Source of the DNA: Tubiluchus corallicola | Taxonomy: Eukaryota > Animalia > Priapulida | Direction of reading: 5' to 3' | Length of the DNA: 64,000 bases | NCBI GenBank assembly: GCA_030141605.1 | Contig: JAQGDQ010000095.1 | Location: forward strand, 310,001 to 374,000 | Shown: positions 28,201-40,290 of the stretch, one piece after another | Position numbering within the stretch: the first letter of the stretch is position 1 | Layout: each line of letters begins with the position of its first letter | Made by a program: the position numbers and the translations under genes | The notes under the pieces: model-generated | The model's input: the letters and a program-made list of their open reading frames with translations, nothing else | Told to the model about the DNA's origin: nothing | Databases searched by the model: none

Positions 28201-31200
28201 AATTAAAACTGTCGTGTTATAGACATTTATAAACCTTTGCACAGTTGAGAATATTGTGTATGTGAAACAAAATATCAAGTTACTAACAACATGCCCTTCA
28301 TTTTTAGGGAACAAATCTGAATCAGGTAGAGTTGGCACTAGTGTTACCCTCAGTACATATTTGTTTTTTGAAAGTACTGAAATCATTGATCATTTGGTAA
28401 GTTTGCACTGAGTTTGCCAGTAGCCCCTAGCAAGTATGTTGTACTGTTTGTACTGTTGTGCAAGGATAACCTTGTGAAATATGTTTCTTAACATTTAGCA
28501 TCATCAGATTGAGATTTAGCAATTTAACAGGCTTGCAGTTGTTTACAGTGTAGACTGTACAGTATTTTCAATTTTCGTTTCACTTTTGTTTTTTAAGCAT
28601 ATCTTTCATAAATACATATAAAACTGAAAGCAAACGTGGTAAATCGTAATAGTTAATAGCAAAAATTTTCACATTGTAAAATGATATTTTTTGTTTTCTA
28701 ATTGTGATATAATTTGTGTTGTGTTTATAACTTGCTACAAAGTGTATATTTTTACATATTTTCTAATTTTTCATAAGTGGTAAAATAAACATTTCAGTTA
28801 ATGGCTTCACTGACAGAGTGACAGTAATTAAAAACAACTTACTACTTTAAGTATGTACTTTCATACTGTAAGTATGAAATACACATTGCCATGTTTTCCT
28901 AATTTAATTAATTTTAGTTGTAGAAAACAACTGATGCCTTTGGGTGCAGTCATAAACAAGTTGATTGTACAGACGCTGAGTTGGACAAAAACTCCAGAGT
29001 CTTGTTATGGACAAGAATCACAGTTTGGGTAGAGCTGTTTCTGACTTTCTGATGAAGAGTAAACGTGTCAAAACAATTTAATTAAAAACATTTATAGGAT
29101 CATCTCCTGTGATTTCTGAATACCATAAATAAAATAAACAAATCATAACTTCCTTATAATTCTTAGTTTTGCTGCCTTGTCATTGAGTTTACCTGTTTTG
29201 GTAGTAAAAAACGTTTGAGATATAAATAGTACATCATATTATTTTGATTATTATCAAAACTTTAGTCATCACTGGTCACCTCATTATGGAGTTCACTATT
29301 TTTGACAGTTGAATTTTCATTGAAAGTTGTAAGTTGCACTTTGTTAAGGAGGCTAATTTTTCAGGTTTGATGTTTAAATATTTTTTCTAGGGGTTTGCGA
29401 AAGACATGTTATGAACTTGTGGATACATGGATAGTAGTATTAGGTGCTAGTGCAGGCTTAGATCTAAATCAAGATCATTTGATGGGAGCCATTTTGTCTG
29501 ACATCAGTCCTTGTGTTAACTCTATTAAGGTGAATAAATTTTGTTTTGAAATTATAATGTGTGTTTAGCCTTTACTGGTGTCAAGCACTAAGCATGTTTT
29601 ATGATTTAACTTACATGCTGCCAAAAAACTTTCATGTAGAATGTAACTACTCATTTCTAGCGCAAATTTCTTGCTATAGGAAAGGCTTTTTCATAAGTTA
29701 TTGATAAATGACATATCATCAACATATTTGATGTTTTTCATCAAAACGTAAAAAGTAGCTTGAATAATTCTGGCTAAGCTAGAGTACTCTGTTTATTCCG
29801 CAGTAATATTTTAATTAGATTTACATTGTCCATTTTGACTTGTTGTAGACAACGTCTCTTTCTTTTGCACTCGTTTACTTTTGTAGTTATTTATCATTTT
29901 TAGCTTCGTGATGCTTCAGGAAACGTTTCAAGAAAACGCAAGAAAAGTAAAAAAGCAAAAATTTCATTAGATGTAACGTCGGAAACAGTTAAAAAAGTTG
30001 ATCAGCAAGCGGGTGCTGAAACTGTTGTTTCTGCATTAAGAGGTATACAACACTTTGTTTATCATTTTCACATTTAGTCTTTCCTTTGAAAAATTACCAA
30101 AGTTTTTTCTCAACTTTGCAAAAGCAGCTATTAAAATCATTTGCACTTTCTAATTTGTCGCCGTGCTATGCTTTGCAATCAGCAGATTGAGAGAGTTGCG
30201 CACAATTGATTTTTGCATTTATTAAGTGAATTTCAAGTGTATGCTTTCTTTTTTAGCACTTCGAAGGTTAATGTATTCTGTTGGTTCGAAATTGAAGCCA
30301 AAGTGGCTAAAGGTTTGTTTAAATCATTTTGACCTTTTTTGCTACATTTCTAGAGCACTGCCATTTACTATAATTTGCTTTATACAGTGTTTGAAGACTG
30401 AAAACACAACAAGGAAAAACATTTGTTAGAAAATGTAGTTACAATAAAGCTTGTTGTAAATCTTTCAGATGCTCTTATGTGTATGGGGTTTCAATTTATT
30501 TTTGCAGGCATTGCATGAAGTGGTGGTTTACACATTGCTGGATGTTCAACAAGAGAAGGAGATAATTCCTTACAGTTTTAACCTGCACTGCCGCAATGCA
30601 CTGTACCAAGTTTTACAAGCCTGTGTTTTAGCGCCCCACCCAACCTATCCGCCACCGCTTCAGGTTGCCGTGCATTTGTTCACAAATGGACAGTTTGATT
30701 TGAGCTTGGAAGTGAGTGTTATTAAATAGTAAAAGTCGAATAAAATTAATGCAAACAACCAAATTGTTTAAGTAAGGATACATAAAAATGTAGCCTAGAA
30801 AGTAGATTAAAGTTTTATTTTATAAGATTTAATGCATTATTTTCATTATAAGTGGAAGTTTACATATTCAGTATTGGCATACATATGGGTTCTGACCATT
30901 TCGAATGTGTGTCTGGAAAACATATATAAATAATGTTTTTCCACTCACACTACATATGCATTAAATGTATATTGTTTGAGAAGTTTGATTGAAAGTGTGA
31001 TGATTTGTATAAGCACTAAAAATTACACAATGCACGTGATTTTCCCTCTTAAACCAAAGGCTACTTGGTGATGCTAAAAGTTGTTTTTTAAGTGGAGAAA
31101 ACTTTAAGGTTGTAATTAATTTTTGAGAATTTGCAACCAGTAGTTTCCAAATCTACTTGTAACTAAACTAGTATTGATGCTTCCTAAAACTATGAATGAC

Positions 31201-34200
31201 CCACAAATATTGACTTATAGGTTTTTTATTGCCGCAATTGGGAATTTTTACTTCACTAGTGAATTTCTCTTAACTACCTTCTTTAATTTTTTTATGTAGG
31301 TGTCCGCCACTTGTGTTGAAGCTCTAGCAGTGTGTGATGCTGTCATTCATCCAAGAGTTCCTTCATTAGCCCCTCCAATCCCTTCAACTTTGCAGCCAGT
31401 TACTCTGCAAAATAATGTCTCACCGTCTGTGCGAGCTGACGCATTACTAGCCGATGTGCAAGCCAGTGGATCTGAATCAGACGCAGAAATTTTTTCCATT
31501 GTTTTAGAAAAGGATGAGGCAGTAAACTACCAAACACAGGACAGTGAGAAAAATAGAAAAGGCTCATGCAAACCAACTTTAGATGATCATTCAGGACCAA
31601 ACGATATCACAGAGGAAAATAAAGGCAACTTGCGAAATGGAGCAGCAAACAATATTAGCAAAACAAGAAATGTACCTATAGACATTAAGCATTCAAAAAG
31701 TGATCTCACAAGAGGACAGACCGTGGAAGAGATTGTGCTTTCTCCAGACTGCAGCTCTGTAAATGTGACACAAGATACTACCATGTTGGATAAAGAAATT
31801 AGTGACCAAATCAGTAGAGATGCAGACATAGAAATTATTGAAGTCTGCAGTAATAAGAAGCCATTGTCAAATGAGCTAAATGATAAAAGACGGTCAATTG
31901 TAGATTTATATACCAGTGCTGATCCCAAAGCTTGGGTGGTACGATTTTTTTTCTTTTAAACCGCTCAACTTTTTGAATCCTGTATCATATATCACAATTT
32001 GTTTATACCATGTCACAATATAACAACACAATGCTAAAAGTGATACTATGATACAAATAATACGTAAGAATAAGTACATTTATCAGAAGTCATTAATAAT
32101 TGTTGTAGCAGCTCTTTTCAATGAAACATGTTGTCAGGTAAGTAGCATGCATGGATATGACTTGAAAGCCATTACCCAATACGGAAACAATTCTTAACTG
32201 AGAAGCTTTGCTTAAACAGCACAATTGTGCTCCACAACGTTTTTGAACTGTAAATCCAGTATTCTGGGTAATTAGTAATTTTGCTTATCAAATAGTACAG
32301 AACTGGTAAAATACACTGAGTTGGGAAAATAAAAAACACAATCATTGCAACTTAAAAATTAGAAAAAGAGACTCTGTCAGGTGAACAAATAATAGTACAC
32401 TTTTGCCAGGTAAAGGTTTCAGTTTTAGGGGAAATCATTCCTCATTTTAAGTTACTCAATTTTTAACTAGGTACTTTGGTTCAAAAAACTGCTTGAAAAT
32501 CTTCTTGTGTGACACTGGTATATTGTTTGGACATACTAATAACAGAAGAGGCCTTTCAAAATGTTTTGCGCTTACTATTCATAAGATAAGTTTGTGCATA
32601 CAACTGCTGCAGAGCAGAGTTCTTTGACTGCATCGTAATTACAATTTCATAATGATGTTCGTTTATAATTGTAACTTCATAATTTAAAAGTTTACTTAAA
32701 ATTCTACTTTTAGTTTAGAATATAGTTAGATTCGTAGTATCTTTGAGATTGTAGGTTACATTGATGTAGCTTGTTATAATCTTGATAATTTGTAGTTGGA
32801 TTGCTGTATCAGTTTTTTGTTTTAGATATGTAAAGTGCTTTGAATATTTTTATGGATAAGTACTATAATAAATTACTATGTATTATTGTTATTATTATTA
32901 TTATCATTATGATCATCATCATATTAATATTATCATTATTATTATAATTTTCCTGTTATATATTATTGTTGGTAATGCATGAAAGACAAAAGCTTTTGTA
33001 ATACTGTGGTTCATTTCTAGGGATTGTGCAGATTTCAAGACCTGACGCCGCATTTAGCTGTGTTTCATAGAGAAGGTCCATCAAACAAGTTATCTTGTCT
33101 AATTCACAAACAGGTCATGACACATCTAACCGGACCCAGATACTGTACATTTTGTTCAAAGGTACTAATTCCGATATTTGGTATTTCTGTGTAATAAATT
33201 GATGATTTGATCATTTCTTATGAGTGCTGATGTTTATAACTATTTGCTTAATTCTGGTTAAGCTAAGAATTTGGTAACTTGAAAAGTGAATTTTCTTGTT
33301 ATTTCAGGAAAAACTTTTTTGGGGAAGCAAACTTCCTAAATTCAGAATAATCAGTTAAACTAATAATATAATAAAAATCAACTGAAAACTTTCACAAAAC
33401 AATATGGTTAATTTAGAATGTGCATATGAATGTTGTTCTACATAAAATATGAAATACAAAACCTTCTATAAAATATCTTCTTAATAAAACTGCATTTATG
33501 GAAGGTTGATTTTTTTTTACATTTCCAGCATTATTACCTTCCTCTCACATAATGAAAATTGTCAATATCTTTGGTTAATATCGAGAAATTAAATAATTGG
33601 GCCAGTTATTCCTCTAATATATAAATAACACAAAAATCTTCTCATTTTAGATGTTGATCGAATTCTGGTGCTTTGTCACCTTGCATGTTAGCAGAAATTT
33701 GCAAGGACATATGGAAAATGCATTACAACTGGGCAAATTAGCAAAGTACAGCATACATGTCTATCACATCATTGATGCAATTTATAGTCAGGTTTGTCCA
33801 AGTGCCAATCACATTTACATGGTAATGCATGTATTGTAAGCATAGTTTTGAAGATCAATTGTTATGTTTGGTCATTGTTTAACAATGAGTATAGTAAACC
33901 TTTGTTATAGCAGACTATTTCTGCTTGTCCCTTCCGTTAAGATTATACCATATAAGTCTATTATAATGAACTATGCATTCAGGTCAATATGTGGTAAGAT
34001 ATGTTGTTACATTGTTTCAGAAAAAGCTGAAGGGATTTGCTTAGCATATGCGAAAAGCAGTAAATGTTAGAGTGACTAAATAAATGCCTCTGTTGATATT
34101 CACTGGATGTTTTTTTAATAAGCCGTGCTATATGGGGGCTTATCCGTCAGTTTTAATGGACTGTCGGTTATAGCTGACCACTCATCCTCGGGCAGGCTGA

Positions 34201-37089
34201 TCCCAATTAGTATGCTATTAATGAAGATTCACTTCACACTTAAACAGATTTGCTTTGTTTTCATCTGAGGTTGCAACTAGGTGAGAAGTTCTTGAATCAC
34301 TAAATTGCAGAGATTTTTACAGATTATTCTTTGCATTACTTTGCCTTTTTGTGTTACATTAGCAGCTTTTTCACATTTTGATGAGATGTGTAATTACTTC
34401 TTTATCATTTTAGTGAGACAAACAGGCACTTGATGATTTTTATTGCTTTCTGCTACTTGGTTAAATACTTGAGAAATCTCATTAACTGTTTTAAAATTAT
34501 ACTGTACTGCATGAAAGCATACTTAGCTAGTATCATAGCTGTTTTCTCGTGCTTGAGCAAAAACAGAAATATCATTAATACATTTCATAGTTCACATTTT
34601 TTTGTGTAGGTAGGATGTAGTGCTCCTTTAAACATCATTGTTCAGTTGTACATTATCGGATTAACCAAAGATCAGCATCGTTACCATGCTCTTGGATTTC
34701 GTGGTGATCAGGGTGTGGTGGATTGTACTAAACCATTAGTGATACATCTGGCAGATCAAATCTCATTTGTGCTCAACTTTTTAGCTATCATTTTGTTCAG
34801 GTCTGCTGATGTTGATCAACAATTTGCTGCAGTTGCTCGTTTGTGTCTCCTGTGTTCATTTATGGTGAATGCAGACATAGATTTATTTTCCTTGGTAAAG
34901 GAATTTTCCCAAAACATTTCAGAAACCACAGAATCTTCTGATGTTTTTGCAGCATGCAAGAAAACTGAAATTCGTTTTGAAAAACACGATGACAGTTCGA
35001 TACTAGAATATGCTTCATTAGAATCTCTAAAATACATGAAACGTGTGCAAGATCACATAAAGATCAAAGGCAGACTTGTTTCACTTTCTCAAGACGACTT
35101 TCTGAAGCTTCAGTCTCAATTATCAGACATTGCCTTAGCTGGCGGAATAAGTAAACAGGGTTGTCAAGCACCTGTGCATTTTGCAAAGAGTGAGGCTACG
35201 TTGGAAAATCCTACCAGACCACTTAATGCCGATAAGGTTGCCCTAAATACATTTGCAGTTGCTTTATCGAATTTATTTTTTGATGGGAGGAATTTGAATC
35301 TGTCATGGGAAGACTTGGAAGACATCCATACCTTATCTGTTTCAGTCTTACAGGAACACACAGGCATGATGTATGATTCAAGTCCTTGCCACGAACCCTC
35401 CACATCCTCGTTTCAAAATCTAGGTATTATTACTTTAAAAAAATTACGTGTTAAATAATGGTAATGCAGTTATAGGTGCACTTAAATTGGTGGTGATGTC
35501 TTAAATACTAAGAAAGTTGCTGATAATATTAGGTATGATAACATACTTTTATGTATATTGTGCTTTGTGAACAATATGCTTCCTGCATATGGTTACCATA
35601 TTGTCTGAGTTGAAAAAGAGGACACTTTTTTGCACACTTGTAAGTAGTTAAAAATGACCAGTCTAGGGTCTATTGAAACAATGCAAAATAAAATGTAAAT
35701 TATACAAATAGGCCTACGTGTATTCTAATAGCAATACCAAATGGCTATACTGCAAAAAACATTAACAAACTGCAACTGTCAGTCGCCTGCTTCTTCTTGG
35801 CTCTCAGAAACAGTTATGCTTGAACTTGACTGAGTCTGAGACTGAGACCAAGAATACTTTTCCGAAGACCGAATTGCTTTCAGCAATTTCGGTCGACTGC
35901 ACAGATTTGCATAAAAGTCTTTGCATGACAGATGTTTGAAATTATGATGAACAAAGAGAATTCCTTTCACGGATTCAACATGCAACTTGTTTCTTTCCTT
36001 TGTCCACTGGCTTTGCATAAATCGAAACACTCATTCAGTGTTAGCGTTGTGTGACAGCATCGCAAAGAAAGTCTCATACTGTCGTAGGCCTCTGCAGTTG
36101 GCAACGTCCGTACATACTTACGGATTGAGCCAACACCCGGACAAACTGCCGATTTTTTAAAAACCTGCCCGGACAGAGGCCCAAAAAGAGGACGTGTCCA
36201 GGGAAACCTGGACGTATTGTAACCCTACTTCTGCATACGTACAGAAACTGTTTCTGGACAGTCTCTGTTATAGCACGATTGCAGATTTGAATTGAATTTT
36301 TCAAATTTTTCAAGTTTTAAAAGTGTGACGTGTAACAATGTACCTACCTGGAATGCACCAATTGTACGAACTAGTGATAGGAATGAAATATAATTTATTA
36401 GCAAGATATAAAATAATTTTATTTTGAGATAGCAATAATCAGTTTTTTAATTTCACTTTCACTATATGATAGTGGCTGTGTTTTCCTTTGAATTCTGTCT
36501 CTATTATGATGATGTGTTTTCTCAGAGATTTAGAATAATTTTAAGTGAAAATTGTGTACGTCACTGGCTTAATACAGAAAAAAACATGTTTTGCGGTAGT
36601 TTTCACAATCAACAACCAATTATGCCCCAGTACTGACGGCTCTCTAATTCTTAGCCAATTTTCATTGAAGACTTGGTCGCAATGTTTACCCTCGTGTATA
36701 TCATCACTGTGACCTGTGACTTTAATGATAACTGAATTTCTTGTAGCTGAAGTTTTACAAATTAAACAGTCCATTGAAAATGCCATATCAGATGTAGATG
36801 TTGCCGGACCAACTGGCCAAGAAGCTCCTTTTCAGGTAACATGTTTTTTAAGTGTACAGTGCAAATAGCTTATAAAATTTATTAAGGGTATAAATGATTA
36901 AATGCTTTTCATTAATTGTTAGTAGTTGGCAATTAAATTGGGTGCTGTATGTTACGTAGTAAGACGGATGAATTGCTGTTTAATTAGACAAAATTTTTAT
37001 TACAGGACAGTGACACTTCTAGTGATGAAATGCTGCTAGACTTAGTTGATGCTCCACCAGATGATTCAGGAGACAGTTCAGATACCTGA
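22276..37089 (+). CDS. PELP1: Proline-, glutamic acid- and leucine-rich protein 1 (Rix1 homolog, rixosome scaffold); 21 exons, ~1196 aa
   Basis: Phase-consistent GT-AG exons: 22276-22398, 24030-24097, 24586-24691, 25173-25322, 25659-25733, 26532-26600, 26929-27079, 27604-27718, 28022-28109, 28308-28396, 28918-29028, 29391-29529, 29904-30042, 30257-30312, 30508-30711, 31300-31938, 33021-33161, 33651-33791, 34610-35423, 36747-36835, 37006-37089. The translation tracks human PELP1: KTRVKGLLLL, CLKYFSSSCGPLKGK, ECYALLP..AWSNQCDSLLGSLHDILDALYEG, LVLPSVH, CRNALYQVL..LAPHPTYPPPL, CVEALAVCDAVIHPRVPSL, and C-terminal MLLDLVDAPPDD (human MLADFIDCPPDD). Exons 17-19 are supported by splice phase only. 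Confidence 0.88.
22640..23150 (-). mobile_element. Non-LTR retrotransposon RT C-terminal fragment in PELP1 intron 1
   Basis: FVSAVMHSCESWL...LYISCIKKCLGVRKTTQNDLRLVKL resembles the LINE YGCExW...LGV..TTPN..VELG motif; an upstream KTNI..YVYLG-like remnant is present. Confidence 0.7.
35588..36227 (-). mobile_element. Internally deleted hAT DNA transposon in a PELP1 intron
   Basis: TIRs TATGGTTACCATA / TATTGTAACCCTA; subterminal AAAAAGAGGAC at both ends; near-identical flanks cttcctgca/cttctgca (8-bp TSD). Carries the hAT C-terminus (SHNANTE*VFRFMQSQWTKERNKLHVESVKGIL). Confidence 0.85.
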
Positions 37090-38811
37090 TCGTGTCATAA
37101 ATTTGATCATTTCTTTATTTACCTACTGAATTAATGAGATGCGTTGATTTGAAGGTCACATCATTTTAAGATGTAATAGGTCATATTGTAAATAATTACT
37201 AATTTGAATAAAACTTAAGCTGCTAAAATGGATAGTACTGTCTAAAATACAGGAACAGATATCCACACATTGACTAACGCCTGACTGTATAATAACAATT
37301 TTAAGTACCATTAAATTTATTTGCATCAAGTAACTAAACCTCCAATAAATTATTACTAATGTATCAGTTACAATCACATTTATTCAAAGAAATTCAATGA
37401 GCATTCATTTGCCATTGCCCAACTGAAAGAAATGCATGTATTATATAATCACTGACAATGGCTCATAACACACACCGATTTTGCACCACAATTATTCATA
37501 ATTAAGCAAACTTTATTATCAACACTCTAATCACATTTTAATGATATTGTTCTCACTGTTAAGTCATCTGTATGCTATAGTACAAAATGCTGAAGGTAAA
37601 TTTATAAAAAGACAAAAGAACACACTGCAATAAATTTTAAACACTACAATGCATATACATCATGTGTTTAAACTAGCGATCCATTACTGAATGGATTTAT
37701 TGATACCTTACGATCACAATCGCCAGAAGTATATTGATGACTGTGATGTTAGTTTCCAGCAATACGTGATTGCTACTGATTTCAAAAACTGTCAAAGACA
37801 ACACTACACATGTCTGTATTCTAGTTACCAAAAAACATGCTGGCTGAACAACAATTAAATATAGTGCTAACAGACCTCAAAAACGAGTTCATGAATACAT
37901 AAACTAAACGCACTATGTAGCATCTAGTTTTACATTACAATGACGCTATTATATCACTACATAATATATGTACATATATGCGTGTATATTCAGTATAACA
38001 ACTTAAAGAATGACTAGCATCAATACGCTGAAAACAGCACCTATGTTTTACTAATGAGAGATATATGAATGCTACAGTTAGTAAGTTAGATTGTCTGAAA
38101 ATTACGCATCATAAATGCAAAAGCAAAAACATAGTTAACAAAGAAATTGCCACTTACATTAAATCCCGATGCAGTAAATTCTAAAAATGAATACTGGTTT
38201 TCATGTAATCTTTTCCACAACACAAATATTTACCGCTTAAACAATTACTAGTAATTTTTAAGTGTATAAAGATATGCAACCTTCTGTTACTGCTATATCT
38301 TGTCAAGACGGCAAATCCAGCAAACATTTTTTAAAATTTTGAAGAATTGGCTATTATCAAACCTTGAAGCAAAAATTTATCATAAAAATAATTATTATGC
38401 AATACAATAACTATACACTTGTACCACAATTACAATATTTATAACTAATTAACACACATAAGGCCATCCAACTAGTAACTCAATAAATAAATTGGGGCTT
38501 GAAAATTTATATTTTCATTTCTTTGCGCACCTAGTGTACCTAAATTGTATTTAGTATAATTCAGAAAAAATGTGGCCATAATGATTTTCAAATGACAATA
38601 TGAAATTTGAATTAATGACCTAAGCAGTCTACTAACTTGCTGTTTTGCATGTTTCTTGCACAACATATGCAGTTAAACAATGACACATATACTTTCAACA
38701 AATAATTTATAAAAATAGAACTTTCAACTTTAACAATGATTCAACATTGTGTACTACAAAAAAAGTGTTCAAATTGCAAGATCTACATTGTACATGTTAA
38801 GAAATTCATAT

Positions 38812-39139
38812 TATACTCGAACCTAAAATTATAGATTGGAATAATTCAGCACTTCAACCACATGTTTTTTATCATTAAAACGTTTGAAACATCGTGTAAT
38901 AGGCACAATTCAGCTGCAATTTTTGTGGACAATTTTTAAACAAGTTATTAGTGTATTTACTGCAGAACAAAATCAAGTAAAATGCCTGGTCTTTGAGAGA
39001 CAGCTTTTTATTTATGATTCAATAATCTTTAAAACTGAATTCGGATTTGAAAATGCTAAAATTCGACTTGATGAGAGTTTGAAAGTCACAATTTCGATTC
39101 GATTCAAATTTGCTTTCTGGTGAAGAATGTTCACCCTTA
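38812..39139 (-). mobile_element. Older inverted copy of the hAT-type MITE at 51403-51788
   Basis: attatagattggaataattcagcact and tttgctttctggtgaagaatgttcaccctta are reverse complements of segments in 51403-51788. Confidence 0.75.
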
Positions 39140-39755
39140 CTAAAAAGCTAGAACGACTCTCTTACTCGATTTCAAAATGCAAAACACACATTACAAAACG
39201 TTTCACAATGAAATATGAAAACAGTCAGCCCACAAATAGCAGAGAAACTATTGGGATAAGTTACTTGTTAAATTGTCTGCTTTTGTTTCATATAATAAAT
39301 AAGCTATATGAAGGAGGCATAACAACTGTAAATAACAAAGCTCAAGAAAAACTAGTGGCATGATGAAAAATGATATTATTTGCATATGAATGATAGCTGA
39401 AGCAACAATCACATAATATCCAACATTTCTAAATATTCAGCAAATTCTCTAAACTTTCTATTACGATCAAAGTTCTTATTCAATTATAAAACCAGGCAAA
39501 GTCAGGGAGCTAAAAAATAAATGGTTATAAATATAAAAACATAATCATAAAAACGAAATGAAGAAAACTTAAGTCTATTGTTGTATTTTGAAATTTTGGA
39601 AAAATAAACTGATAAATTAAAGAGGTGTAGGTGCCATATTTTCAAAATTTTCTTTGTATTGGAAATTAGAGGATGTTTGCCATATGGAGAACAAGGTATC
39701 CCTTGTTCTGATAAAACATAAATTATTTGATAAATATAATGGAACTGCTAAGCTG

Positions 39756-40247
39756 TCACACATCTGTCTCTTTGTGATTCCCTTTCTCCGTGATTTTGTG
39801 AAATCTAAGAGCGGCTGAATTTATACAATAACGTTTTCCAGTTGGCTTTGGGCCATCGTCAAATACGTGACCTAAGTGCGCTCCACAATTTGCACAGGAA
39901 ACTTCCATACGTAATGCACTGCTGTCTTTAGAAGGAAGTAGTACCAGAGGCCCACCACAGCCTGCATACAAAAATATATATTATAGTTATCAGGACACTC
40001 ACTGTACATTTTCAACTATGTTAATCATTTTATGTGCATTCATTATACACATACACATACACAGTTAACGTTTAACTGGTATGACGAAAGCAGGCGTACC
40101 TCTATAAAGAATTTCCGATTTTGGAAGATATGTTGTACGTGGATGACATTTCAAACACTGCATAGCTAGTTTTTCATATTTTACCTATTTTTTATTGATC
40201 ATTTAAATCTGTATAATTAATTTCGGTTGGTATGTTACATCTATAAC

Positions 40248-40290
<43 letters not shown>

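Noticed and set aside
29049-29119. C/D snoRNA or minimal hammerhead-like CTGATGAAGAG...TCAAAAC
   Set aside because: The GAAA core is mutated, the stems do not pair, and no guide was recognised.
33308-33353. Extra PELP1 exon after atttcag
   Set aside because: The only nearby donor shifts the next exon into a frame with a stop.
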